Sequence record: NC_042013.1
Reading direction: 5' to 3' (one strand)
Length of the DNA: 64,000 bases
Shown here: positions 35,141 through 43,931 of the stretch, piece after piece
How the letters are laid out: every line of letters starts with the position of its first letter
Numbering within the stretch: the stretch's first letter is position 1
The notes under the pieces: model-generated
The model's input: the letters and a program-made list of their open reading frames with translations, nothing else
Told to the model about the DNA's origin: nothing
Databases searched by the model: none
Translations under genes and position numbers: made by a program

Positions 35141-35677
35141 TTACCATTTTTTATTAACATCATATACACCAGAAACCATATCGTCTCTAACCCGTGTAAT
35201 GACCTCGCCAAGCCAGTTAGTGCCTTTCCAGTTAGATGGATTATTTAGAACATTTTTAGGAGTCTTCATACCGAGTTTAATCCCCCAAATATCGTCATAG
35301 GGAGAAGCCTCAACAAACAAATCAGCCGTTTCATTCATTATTGTATTCTTCATATAATCGTTATGTAAAAATTTATGATAGATACCAATATACATTACAT
35401 CACGAGATACTGCATCCCATTCTACACGATTGAAATTTTTAACCTCACGTCCAAACTGTTTCTGTTCAGATGGTTCTCTGGTAGTCATTATGTTATTAAG
35501 CTGAACAAAATCGTTAAACAACAATGCCTTATGAAACATCATATACTGTTCACTGGTATCAAATTCTAAAACATCATTAGATACAGTAAAGCCGTTATTA
35601 AATTTTATGATTGGGGCAGAATATTTCATTCCGAACCAGTTACTGTAAACACCACCATAAAAAAATTTGTATTTCAT
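35141..35677 (-). CDS. NADAR (YbiA-like) hydrolase
   Basis: SEQYMMFHKA, GREVKNF, VEASPYDDIWG, GTNWLG. Confidence 0.9.
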   Translation of the reverse strand: MKYKFFYGGVYSNWFGMKYSAPIIKFNNGFTVSNDVLEFDTSEQYMMFHKALLFNDFVQLNNIMTTREPSEQKQFGREVKNFNRVEWDAVSRDVMYIGIYHKFLHNDYMKNTIMNETADLFVEASPYDDIWGIKLGMKTPKNVLNNPSNWKGTNWLGEVITRVRDDMVSGVYDVNKKW

Positions 35678-35798
35678 TGTGTATACCTTTATTTTGATGC
35701 TATAGATAATTTCATTATACTTGACATTGATTCTGAATTGTATATGTTTTATGCAACTTTTTATAGTTGATTTTCGTTGATAAGTAGGAGGTATCAAA

Positions 35799-35882
35799 AT
35801 GACCAAAATTCTATCTTATAGTGTTGACGTGATTGCGACGATCCTAGCTGTTAGCTTCGTTCTTTATACGTTAACGTTTTAA
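35799..35882 (+). CDS. 27-aa hydrophobic micropeptide
   Basis: SD TAGGAGGT; MTKILSYSVDVIATILAVSFVLYTLTF. Confidence 0.5.
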   Translation: MTKILSYSVDVIATILAVSFVLYTLTF

Positions 35883-36271
35883 TTTCCAATAGCCATTACA
35901 TCAATAACCGTGCCAGCAGGGGCGTGGGTAAGAATATAAACCAACAATACACCGGTTGTTGTTGATGTATTGGCACGGCCAGTTATAGTAGTATTGGTAA
36001 CGGACGTTACAGAAGCATACACTGCCCCTCCTTGCGTATCAGTACCTCTGCCAGTTACAAATACTTTTGGAGGATTGGTAAATGTTCCCGCTGGAATATT
36101 AACAGTGAATAATCCGGTTGATCCAGTAACGGTTGCTTGACCGGACCAAATCGTAGGCATCGTTACGTTTTGCCATTTTTGGCTTGTAGAGTTGTATCGA
36201 AGATATTGTCCATTGGACGGACTTGTAATTAAAAAGTCAAATAGCTGTTTTATTTTGATACGAAGTGCCAT
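35879..36271 (-). CDS. virion fibre/lectin-like beta protein
   Basis: Thr/Gly-rich, FTNPPKVFVT, terminal MAIG. Confidence 0.6.
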   Translation of the reverse strand: MALRIKIKQLFDFLITSPSNGQYLRYNSTSQKWQNVTMPTIWSGQATVTGSTGLFTVNIPAGTFTNPPKVFVTGRGTDTQGGAVYASVTSVTNTTITGRANTSTTTGVLLVYILTHAPAGTVIDVMAIGN

Positions 36272-36340
36272 CAACTAATTCCGAAATCCGAGTTATTATT
36301 GTTCGATACAATACAAAAAGAAAATCGGTTTGTCAAATAA

Positions 36341-36367
36341 TAATGGCGAGAATTAATCTCGCCATTA
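36341..36367 (-). terminator. hairpin terminator
   Basis: 11-bp IR TAATGGCGAGA/TCTCGCCATTA. Confidence 0.7.
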
Positions 36368-36396
36368 AAGTTTATCCAAGTATATCTTAATAAAGA

Positions 36397-37113
36397 TTAA
36401 GAAGCTACAGGGAAATATTCGAATACAACAGAGTCCGTTGCGTCAAGAGCAAAGCCTGCACCTGCTGCTGACCAAGTAATAACCTTACCTGCAACGGTGT
36501 AAGCGCCTGTGCCGTTAGCGATAACCATTGAGTTAACGATAAGACGGTTAGGACGGGTTGTGTCAACATCGAACGTAGAATTAGGAAGGGTATTTGCACC
36601 GGTTGGTACAAGAATGTCCTGAACGAGTGATGTTGGAATTTCTGGTGTTGGAATGATAGGATCATTCACAACATAACGGCTTTCGATACCAACGATAGAG
36701 TCTGTAGGTAGCTGATCAAAACCGAACTTGTAGATTGCTGCAAACTTAAGGGTTTCAGCAGCGGTTGCTTCATATGCGGTTTCAACACCAGCGATAAGAA
36801 CGAAAAGGTTAGCGGTGTATGCGCCAGCCGCTTCAGTGATACGTGCGTAAACTTCGTTACCTTCTGCATCACCGATCTTAAGACCATTTTCATCATAAAC
36901 GTTTGCAATGTTGTTACCAGTAGTTACAACACCGATACCGTTAGCGGTAGACACCTGAAGAGGAACTTCCGTGCCATTATCACCAGCAGTTTCAAGAGCA
37001 GTTGTAAGTGCAGCAGTTACGTCAATTGTATCCTCTCCAATTGTAGTATCCGCGTCGAAGAATACTAGACCTGCAAGTACCTTCTGAATCTGTTTGGACT
37101 TAACTTTTACCAT
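36397..37113 (-). CDS. probable virion structural/decoration protein
   Basis: Late promoter TAAATA 37174-37179; acidic Ala/Thr/Gly-rich; K.KQ(I/L) start shared with 35879 gene. Confidence 0.6.
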   Translation of the reverse strand: MVKVKSKQIQKVLAGLVFFDADTTIGEDTIDVTAALTTALETAGDNGTEVPLQVSTANGIGVVTTGNNIANVYDENGLKIGDAEGNEVYARITEAAGAYTANLFVLIAGVETAYEATAAETLKFAAIYKFGFDQLPTDSIVGIESRYVVNDPIIPTPEIPTSLVQDILVPTGANTLPNSTFDVDTTRPNRLIVNSMVIANGTGAYTVAGKVITWSAAGAGFALDATDSVVFEYFPVAS

Positions 37114-37204
37114 AATATTACACCTCAAAATAACATCAAAGTCACCATGACTTTAAAAATGTTTATACAACTATATTTACCATAATTGAGGGGTAAGATG
37201 TCAT

Positions 37205-37232
37205 AAAAAAAGGTGGGAACACCCACCTTTTT
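37205..37232 (-). terminator. clpP terminator
   Basis: AAGGTGGG/CCCACCTT with A/T tracts on both sides. Confidence 0.8.
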
Positions 37233-37254
37233 ATTTTTTTATTCTTTTTTATTA

Positions 37255-37869
37255 TTAAGCCTTAATATCTGCGCGGTTTGCAATAATCTGATCACAAAGA
37301 CCGTATTCAAGTGCTTCTTCTGCGCTCATGAAATTATCGCGTTCCATATCAACAATCATCTGTTCATAGGTCTTACCCTTACTGTTATGCTTTACATAAA
37401 TCTCAGTAAGGTTCTTCTTCATCTTCAGGATTTCCTGTGCCTGAATCTGAATATCTGTTGCCTGACCACGTGCACCACCAGATGGCTGATGGATCATATG
37501 GCGAGCCTGAGGAAGCATATAACGGTGACCGGGAGCGCCAGCATTTGCCAAGAACGAACCCATCGAACAAGCCTGACCCATAACAACGGTGTAAACCGGG
37601 CAGGAAACGAATTGCATTGTATCATAAATGCTCATACCCGCTGTGACGACACCACCGGGAGAATTAATATACATATAAATAGGCTTCTTATTGTCCTCAG
37701 CCTCGAGAAACAGAAGCTGTGCGCAAATAGAAGTAGCCATATTATCCTCAACCGCATCGGTAAGGAACACAATACGTTCCTTGAGCATACGCGAGAAAAT
37801 ATCAAAAGACCGTTCGCCTCGCGAGGTCTGCTCAATTACCATTGGGATGAGTGCATTAGTAGTCGTCAT
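37255..37869 (-). CDS. clpP: ATP-dependent Clp protease proteolytic subunit
   Basis: [33 protein letters not shown] (Ser), MIHQP (His), ERDNFM (Asp). Confidence 0.97.
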   Translation of the reverse strand: MTTTNALIPMVIEQTSRGERSFDIFSRMLKERIVFLTDAVEDNMATSICAQLLFLEAEDNKKPIYMYINSPGGVVTAGMSIYDTMQFVSCPVYTVVMGQACSMGSFLANAGAPGHRYMLPQARHMIHQPSGGARGQATDIQIQAQEILKMKKNLTEIYVKHNSKGKTYEQMIVDMERDNFMSAEEALEYGLCDQIIANRADIKA

Positions 37870-37904
37870 TCATAAATCTCCTTTATGTGTTATTAACAAG
37901 AGCA

Positions 37905-37931
37905 ACATACCCGATTTAACGGGTATGTCAA
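37905..37931 (-). promoter_or_regulatory. clpP promoter with a 9-bp inverted repeat in the spacer
   Basis: TTGACA-16-TATGTT; ACATACCCG-N6-CGGGTATGT. Confidence 0.55.
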
Positions 37932-37940
37932 TTCAAAAAA

Positions 37941-39065
37941 TCAGAAAACAAATGATTTATTAGCTTTCATAATTTGAATTTCAACCGTGTACTGATCATT
38001 TTCCAGAACAACATTCTTACCATTTACACCACGAACATTGTTTTGATAAAAATGAATAGAGTTGTTATTATTCGGTGTTGAATCGTCTTCAATACCAAAA
38101 TCCTCGGCAGAAATAGATGTACTATTAGAACCGGACGAGTTGATAGGAGTATCCGTTTTAAACGAAATACTAATAGAACAATATTCATCCGTTATATCGA
38201 TAGGGTATCCGCTAGATACAACACCATTGGTATACTGAATTGGCATATTCGTTGTTTTATCAAAAATGCTTACCAATTTATAAACGGCACGTTCATTCAT
38301 AAACTTTTTAACATTAAGATGCTTGATAACCTGTGCAGGGGTTTCATCAAAACGATTAACCTCCTCGACAACCGCTTGAATGATATCGAAATTCATAGTC
38401 GCATAATCACGACCAAGGGCAACGATATCTTCGATGTATTCAGTTTTGGTGATGAGGTTAATTTCGCAATACTCGCGAATAGTTGCCTCGTCAATATTAT
38501 CATAATGATAATGATAATAAATTCTACCGGGACGGTTTAGCAAAAATGGAGAAATCGATCCAACGCTATTGGAAGTAAAAACGAACATTTTCTTAATCGA
38601 ATTCAGGCCGTCAAAAAGATTAAGAAGTTTTTCTTGATCATTGTTACGGAACACTTTTTCAAATTCGTCAAAAACCAAAAGAGATTCCGACAATTCAGAA
38701 AGGAACGTAACCAGTTTTTCCACATCAACGCCATTTGAAACGATGATTGTAGGAAGACCAGCCCTTCTAAATTCGCTTGAAATTAGCTTACAGAGCATTG
38801 TTTTTCCAGAACCCTTCGTTCCAGTCAACAAAATACCAGTACTGTTGCCCCTATCGTTATAGGTAGTCATAATACGCGTTACGCGATGTATTGGATTTGT
38901 ACCATAAATTTTGGATGGTACTACCATATCCTCCGTCTCGGTAAGAAACAGACCCTGTTGGTCTTGTTGTACCACAAATGTTTTTGGTGGAAGATTTGTA
39001 ATAATAGATTGGCTATTACCAACCGGTCTAAAAACGTTACCAACGCGTGTAAATGCAGTCGTCAT
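37941..39065 (-). CDS. AAA+ ATPase
   Basis: Walker A GTKGSGKT, Walker B VFDEFEK, NRPGR arginine finger. Confidence 0.9.
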   Translation of the reverse strand: MTTAFTRVGNVFRPVGNSQSIITNLPPKTFVVQQDQQGLFLTETEDMVVPSKIYGTNPIHRVTRIMTTYNDRGNSTGILLTGTKGSGKTMLCKLISSEFRRAGLPTIIVSNGVDVEKLVTFLSELSESLLVFDEFEKVFRNNDQEKLLNLFDGLNSIKKMFVFTSNSVGSISPFLLNRPGRIYYHYHYDNIDEATIREYCEINLITKTEYIEDIVALGRDYATMNFDIIQAVVEEVNRFDETPAQVIKHLNVKKFMNERAVYKLVSIFDKTTNMPIQYTNGVVSSGYPIDITDEYCSISISFKTDTPINSSGSNSTSISAEDFGIEDDSTPNNNNSIHFYQNNVRGVNGKNVVLENDQYTVEIQIMKANKSFVF

Positions 39066-39068
39066 TAT

Positions 39069-39120
39069 TAACTCCTTTGTTATCGTATGATTAGTAACAA
39101 AGGAGTTATGGATTTGTCAA
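39069..39120 (-). promoter_or_regulatory. promoter containing a 14-bp anti-SD arm
   Basis: TTGACA 39115-39120; 39069-39082 pairs perfectly with 39095-39108, covering AAGGAG. Confidence 0.75.
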
Positions 39121-39123
39121 CCG

Positions 39124-39534
39124 TTATTCACAAATAATTTTAGTGGCGCATTCTGGTCCAAAACCAGATTCAATACTGGATGGGACCGTAAGGCGGCGAG
39201 CGCATCGTGCACACTTCCCCTCGTGATAAAATTCCATGTTTGCAGGAATACGAGTTTGACCATAAACGCGATCAAACATCCAACCGAAAGAAACCGTGCG
39301 AACATCCGTTACCGGATAATTTTTATTGGATGGGGTAAACTTACCATCTTTAATGAAGCCAATATATGCAAAAAAGCTATTCGATTCCGCGAACATTACG
39401 CCAACGAACCAAACGTCGTTTTCTTTATGTTTACGAACACGGTAGGTGTAACGCGTTTCCTTACCTTTAACGGTAAAAATAGCGTTACCACCAAGGATGA
39501 ATGTTTTAGCAAGTTCGGCGTTCTGAATTTGCAT
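39124..39534 (-). CDS. DUF6011-like zinc-ribbon protein
   Basis: CARCARRLTVPSSIESGFGPEC. Confidence 0.75.
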   Translation of the reverse strand: MQIQNAELAKTFILGGNAIFTVKGKETRYTYRVRKHKENDVWFVGVMFAESNSFFAYIGFIKDGKFTPSNKNYPVTDVRTVSFGWMFDRVYGQTRIPANMEFYHEGKCARCARRLTVPSSIESGFGPECATKIICE

Positions 39535-39601
39535 GATAATCTCCTTTACCGTTTCGATGATATAGTTATACATCATCAAAAAATAAAGTCAACACTTTAT
39601 T

Positions 39602-39931
39602 TCACAAATATCCTACGTTATCTGCAACCAGTGCGAATAAAGATGCACCGGATTCGTGTTTCTCAAACCAGCACCCGCCATTCGAATCGGACCAATAAAA
39701 TTTCTTAACCTGACCGTCAATATTGATGGCTTCAACATTAATGGTTTTCATACCATCAAACCATCCATCACGTTTCATTTCAAGTTTGGAAATAACAGAG
39801 AAACCACGTTCCTCGAGAACAAATATATTTCGTTCTGCGGCTTGGCGATGAATTTCAATGTAATCGTCTGGAAGACCATATCCTTGACGAAATAGATGCA
39901 TATCTTTCTTAAGTTTTGCCATATCAATCAT
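39602..39931 (-). CDS. hypothetical protein
   Basis: SD TAAGGAG. Confidence 0.65.
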   Translation of the reverse strand: MIDMAKLKKDMHLFRQGYGLPDDYIEIHRQAAERNIFVLEERGFSVISKLEMKRDGWFDGMKTINVEAINIDGQVKKFYWSDSNGGCWFEKHESGASLFALVADNVGYL

Positions 39932-39936
39932 GAAAA

Positions 39937-39991
39937 AATCTCCTTAAACGTTTCGATTTAAGGAGATTATCACAATCAGAAATAATGTCAA
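39937..39991 (-). promoter_or_regulatory. sigma70 promoter whose -10 lies in a 12-bp anti-SD stem
   Basis: TTGACA-16-TAATCT; 39937-39948 pairs with 39957-39968. Confidence 0.75.
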
Positions 39992-39997
39992 CTATTA

Positions 39998-40465
39998 TTA
40001 AAGTAGTTTTAGATCGCCAGTAATTGGTTCTAGATTTTTATCGATATCAGGACCAATAGCCATTGCTGTCCACGTTGGAACACCTTTGAATTCCGTTTTT
40101 CCAGCATCTTGAATGGCACTTACAAGCAAACCAGCCTCAATTGCTTTTCGTTCAATTTCAAAGAATTCTTCCTCAGAATCAACAGAGACGCAAATCTTCG
40201 TAAATGGACCACGTAGCCATCTTTTGACACGGTAATCATCGCCATACTTGATATAAGTAAGCTGGCTTGCATGAGAAACTTGTGCAGCAATTTTGCCTTT
40301 TCTCATATTCAAATCTTTTCTAACTACGATGATTTGTTTGTAATAAAGATTTCTAAATCGGTCTAAAAACGCATCGATCTTTTCAAAAACGAGATTACCG
40401 ATATGATAAAATCCGATGAGCATCAAAACCATCATAGAAAATTTAATCAATCCGTCAATGTCCAT
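39998..40465 (-). CDS. pth2: peptidyl-tRNA hydrolase, Pth2 type, with N-terminal hydrophobic extension
   Basis: VVRKDLNMRKGKIAAQVSHA, DAGKTE, TAMAIGP, ITGDLKLL. Confidence 0.93.
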   Translation of the reverse strand: MDIDGLIKFSMMVLMLIGFYHIGNLVFEKIDAFLDRFRNLYYKQIIVVRKDLNMRKGKIAAQVSHASQLTYIKYGDDYRVKRWLRGPFTKICVSVDSEEEFFEIERKAIEAGLLVSAIQDAGKTEFKGVPTWTAMAIGPDIDKNLEPITGDLKLL

Positions 40466-40606
40466 TTCAACCTCACATATTATTTCTAATCAAACCGTAA
40501 ACGTACAAGCACGCGGCAATTATCATAAACGAATATGCTACGATATCCATATTGTTTAAGATTAAATCATCAATGTTGTATAAAAAATTCATTAAAGCTA
40601 CCTATC

Positions 40607-40632
40607 AAAAAATAGCCGCATTAAGCGGCTAT
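40607..40632 (-). terminator. intrinsic terminator after repeat copy 2
   Basis: TAGCCGC/GCGGCTA plus U tract. Confidence 0.8.
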
Positions 40633-40641
40633 CTAAAAAAT

Positions 40642-40705
40642 CAAAGCAAGGTTTGTTAATTGGATGTTTCATAAGCAATAAGATAACCAAAAAACTTCGG
40701 CTTTG
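40642..40705 (-). ncRNA. 64-nt repeated small-RNA element, copy 2
   Basis: 25/26 identity at the 5' end and 16/19 at the 3' end with 20276..20338. Confidence 0.65.
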
Positions 40706-40722
40706 AAATTACATATTACCCG

Positions 40723-41019
40723 TTAAAGGGTAGTATTGTCAATAATTTTATATCGAATAATGTCATTTTCTGAACCATAATGATCCCAAGGAACCTCATT
40801 TGATCTTACGATGATAGGGGTATCATTTCCACGCCGCACAATCATCACCGTTTTTCCACTAACGTTAGCAGGATAATTAGACGTATCACAACCACACCAC
40901 CAGCGCCAGCCGTCCTCGGCTTCTCTCGTCAACTTTAGAATATATTCGGCCAAAGCATTTGCGGACGAGGAGTTAATATCGTTTGCAATTTCATTAATTT
41001 TTTTATTTAAGTAGTCCAT
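40723..41019 (-). CDS. hypothetical protein
   Basis: C-term W.H.GSENDIIRYK. Confidence 0.6.
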   Translation of the reverse strand: MDYLNKKINEIANDINSSSANALAEYILKLTREAEDGWRWWCGCDTSNYPANVSGKTVMIVRRGNDTPIIVRSNEVPWDHYGSENDIIRYKIIDNTTL

Positions 41020-41467
41020 TGTATTCCTTTTGGTAGAGAGCATCGATGGTGATTACAGGTGTTTCTTTCATGTTTTCGCAAATTTCACTAAGGGTATTTT
41101 GAAGTGTAGCAATACCGCTACTATCAAGAGGTCTAGATGTGTTGTTAATCTCATATGCTATAGCATAAATGGCCGCTTGGAATTCCTCAATTGATCGACC
41201 GGTTTGATCAATATAACTCTTTCCGATGTCAATCATGACATCATATGAAACTTTTGTTCCAGTGGACATTTTATAGTCACCCTGCGAAACAAAATAACGA
41301 TTCATTTCATAGTAATAAACCACACAAGATGCAATTCTTACAAATCCATATGTAGATTTAGTTGGAACGACCTCATTTGCTTGAAGAGAAACCGGTTCTT
41401 GTAGAACGGATAGTGCATAAGATGGTGTGGAGGCCAACAAGCACATTAGAAATGAAATCGCCTTCAT
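41003..41467 (-). CDS. secreted protein
   Basis: Signal peptide ending SYA. Confidence 0.65.
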   Translation of the reverse strand: MKAISFLMCLLASTPSYALSVLQEPVSLQANEVVPTKSTYGFVRIASCVVYYYEMNRYFVSQGDYKMSTGTKVSYDVMIDIGKSYIDQTGRSIEEFQAAIYAIAYEINNTSRPLDSSGIATLQNTLSEICENMKETPVITIDALYQKEYNGLLK

Positions 41468-41476
41468 TATGTCTCC

Positions 41477-41830
41477 TCATCGGTAATGGGTGAATTTAAC
41501 CCATTTGAATTCTTTGTCATAAGATGTTGGATACATAATATCTACTTTCAACATTATGTCAAGTTTTTCTTGTTCAGTCAGATTAAAGTTGAACACTTTA
41601 TTGTTGAAATAGGTAATGTCTTGATACACGTGTGATTTGTAGAATAGCTTTCCTAAAAATACATATTCCGCACCCATCCCGTCACCAATAACAGAGATGT
41701 CATCAATAGCTACGATTTTGTTATCATATGCCGAATCGTAATAATCATCAAAATGTTCCATAATTTCATATGGCCTTGGATAATCCAACATTGTACCAAA
41801 GCCAACATAATTATTAGTTTGAACTGACAT
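41477..41830 (-). CDS. hypothetical protein
   Basis: 117-aa ORF. Confidence 0.6.
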   Translation of the reverse strand: MSVQTNNYVGFGTMLDYPRPYEIMEHFDDYYDSAYDNKIVAIDDISVIGDGMGAEYVFLGKLFYKSHVYQDITYFNNKVFNFNLTEQEKLDIMLKVDIMYPTSYDKEFKWVKFTHYR

Positions 41831-41833
41831 TAT

Positions 41834-42127
41834 CTAATCCTTATAAACTGTTTCTGAATAATTCTTTTTCCATTTTTCACATTTACGAATCATAATTTCG
41901 TCAATTTCAGCAATAGTGATATCAGGTTTATGAATAAAGATCATATCCAATGCACAAGCAATAATATCGATAGATTCGCCAACAATACCGTCTTCGTTTT
42001 CATCATTAACGTATTCGACCTCAACGTCCAATTCTTTAACTTCGCCTTTTAGATGCTTAAGAATAGATTTGATGTTTCTATTGTTTTTGATTTCGGTAGA
42101 ATATTTCTTAACGATTTCATCGATCAT
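41834..42127 (-). CDS. MazG-like NTP pyrophosphohydrolase
   Basis: GEVKEL...GESIDII acidic helical motif. Confidence 0.65.
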   Translation of the reverse strand: MIDEIVKKYSTEIKNNRNIKSILKHLKGEVKELDVEVEYVNDENEDGIVGESIDIIACALDMIFIHKPDITIAEIDEIMIRKCEKWKKNYSETVYKD

Positions 42128-42450
42128 TTATGCAATTCCTTTAGCATTTCTGTATATGTCATTTCTATATCGGTAGTTGAAAGATATTCTCCCCCAACGG
42201 TATATATATTTTTCACCCGATCAATGTGAATGTAAAACACATCTTGAGTAGGCTCATTTACGTCGACCGGTAAAAAATCATAATGATTGGTGGATAATTT
42301 TATATAATACCCACACATATATCTCCATATAATTCCACCATATTTGGTAAAATGTTGCTGATGATCTTTTGTTATCCAGTTATTGGAATTAGACAGGTAG
42401 TTCCAGTCATCTGAACCAAAATCAACTTTAAGACAAGTGATATTAGGCAT
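42124..42450 (-). CDS. hypothetical protein
   Basis: ATGA overlap. Confidence 0.55.
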   Translation of the reverse strand: MPNITCLKVDFGSDDWNYLSNSNNWITKDHQQHFTKYGGIIWRYMCGYYIKLSTNHYDFLPVDVNEPTQDVFYIHIDRVKNIYTVGGEYLSTTDIEMTYTEMLKELHK

Positions 42451-42463
42451 GCGGCGATTCCTT

Positions 42464-42733
42464 TTACGGAATCCATCTCGTCTTTTCTGGATTTTCTGTA
42501 TAACCTCTATAAATGAGATTTTCTGTCAGCCTTTCATATTCGTCGGTCGTAACTTTCAACATAACCGCGATATTACCAGACCATAGATTGGGATTACTAT
42601 TATAAAGTTCGATCATCCCATTAGTTTTTTCAATCCACCGTGATTCTTTTTCCTCATCGGTCATTTCTGGTTCATAGACCAAAATGTAATTGTAATATGC
42701 ATTTTGCCAATCGGTAATAATCTTATTTGTCAT
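42464..42733 (-). CDS. hypothetical protein
   Basis: SD AAGGTGG. Confidence 0.55.
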   Translation of the reverse strand: MTNKIITDWQNAYYNYILVYEPEMTDEEKESRWIEKTNGMIELYNSNPNLWSGNIAVMLKVTTDEYERLTENLIYRGYTENPEKTRWIP

Positions 42734-42817
42734 GTATGCCACCTTTCATATTTCCATATAACTATTATCAAAATGTCAGGGGTTAGTCAATCTAAAAAGT
42801 ATGAGTTAATGATATGA

Positions 42818-42823
42818 TAAATA
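42818..42823 (+). promoter_or_regulatory. late promoter core TAAATA
   Basis: 30 nt upstream of gp26. Confidence 0.6.
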
Positions 42824-42853
42824 ATCGTACAACGATAAACTATAGGTTTAATT

Positions 42854-43696
42854 ATGACAAATCCAAACAACCCATTGTCCCAATATTTCCGCATTCCCGG
42901 CATGCACGTTGAACTTCCAAGTAAAGGAAATTTCAATGATCCTTCGGAGTTCAAGCGTAGTATGAACGGTGATTTTGAGGTGTTCCCGATGACGGCTGCT
43001 GATGAAACCTACGCCAAGAATCCAGATGGGTTGCTAAACGGGCATTCAATCGAACGTATTCTTAAAAGTTGCGTACCCGGTGTAGCAGACCCTAAGAAAC
43101 TTCCGACGCAAGATGTCGACTACTTACTCTTAGCTATCAAAAAATGTAGTTATGGTCGTGAATTAAAGTTAGAGGTTAGCTGTCCTAAGTGCAACAAGGA
43201 ACACGCGTTTTCTTGTGATATCGATGAATTGCTATCGGATGTAAAGCCATTTGAAGAATCATATGAGGTTCGTATTTCCGATGAAATGGTTATTAATTTA
43301 CGTCCATATACCTATGAGTCATCTACTAAATTAAATATGGCTGCGTTTGAGGAAGCTAAATTATTTGCTTCTGTTTTAGATGTTGAATTTACCGAAGAAC
43401 AGAAAGGTGAATTGTTTTCAAATAGTCTCGAGCGTATTACTGACCTTAACCTTGAACGATTGGCAGATTGTGTAATATCTGTTTCAGTGCCGAATGGTGT
43501 TGTTACAGACTATGAAAATATCAAGGAATTTATTAAGAATACAGACCGTGTTACTATTAACAAAATTAAAGAAGTATTAAAAACTTCGGCGGATTGTGGC
43601 CTTAATAAAAAGATAGATGTTACTTGTCCGACAGAAGGCTGTGGCCATGAATATCAAACTGATCTTATTTTTGATCCAGCACATTTTTTCGCATGA
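42854..43696 (+). CDS. gp26: baseplate hub subunit (T4 gp26-like)
   Basis: LPSKG, PMTAADE, D.DYLLLAI...SYG, CPKC and C-term CPTEGC. Confidence 0.85.
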   Translation: MTNPNNPLSQYFRIPGMHVELPSKGNFNDPSEFKRSMNGDFEVFPMTAADETYAKNPDGLLNGHSIERILKSCVPGVADPKKLPTQDVDYLLLAIKKCSYGRELKLEVSCPKCNKEHAFSCDIDELLSDVKPFEESYEVRISDEMVINLRPYTYESSTKLNMAAFEEAKLFASVLDVEFTEEQKGELFSNSLERITDLNLERLADCVISVSVPNGVVTDYENIKEFIKNTDRVTINKIKEVLKTSADCGLNKKIDVTCPTEGCGHEYQTDLIFDPAHFFA

Positions 43697-43920
43697 GGCT
43701 CTTTGTACTAGAACCGGAGGAAATTCCGGTTCTATTGAAAACGATGGAAACAGAACAAAGAGCCATCATAGATCAAGTTATTGAAATAAGTTGGTATATG
43801 CGAGGCGGCGTTGGCCGTGAGGAAGCTTGGACATTAAGTCCATATGAACGATCAAAAATAGTAAAAATGATCGACAAAAAAATCGAGAGTATAAATAAAA
43901 CAGGTATACCAATTTTGTAA
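43693..43920 (+). CDS. gp51: baseplate hub assembly protein (T4 gp51-like)
   Basis: ISWYMRGG...LSPYER; position after gp26. Confidence 0.7.
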   Translation: MRLFVLEPEEIPVLLKTMETEQRAIIDQVIEISWYMRGGVGREEAWTLSPYERSKIVKMIDKKIESINKTGIPIL

Positions 43921-43931
43921 GGTAAAATAAA

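Noticed and set aside
37213-37875. 220-aa plus-strand ORF antisense to clpP (also 10081..10527, 55513..55938, 39223..39708 and similar)
   Set aside because: Shadow frames of well-supported genes with no SD or protein motifs
20276-40705. CRISPR array or solitary CRISPR repeat reading of the repeated element
   Set aside because: Only two copies 20 kb apart, no repeat-spacer periodicity, no resemblance to I-C/I-E/I-F repeats I know, and no cas genes in the window
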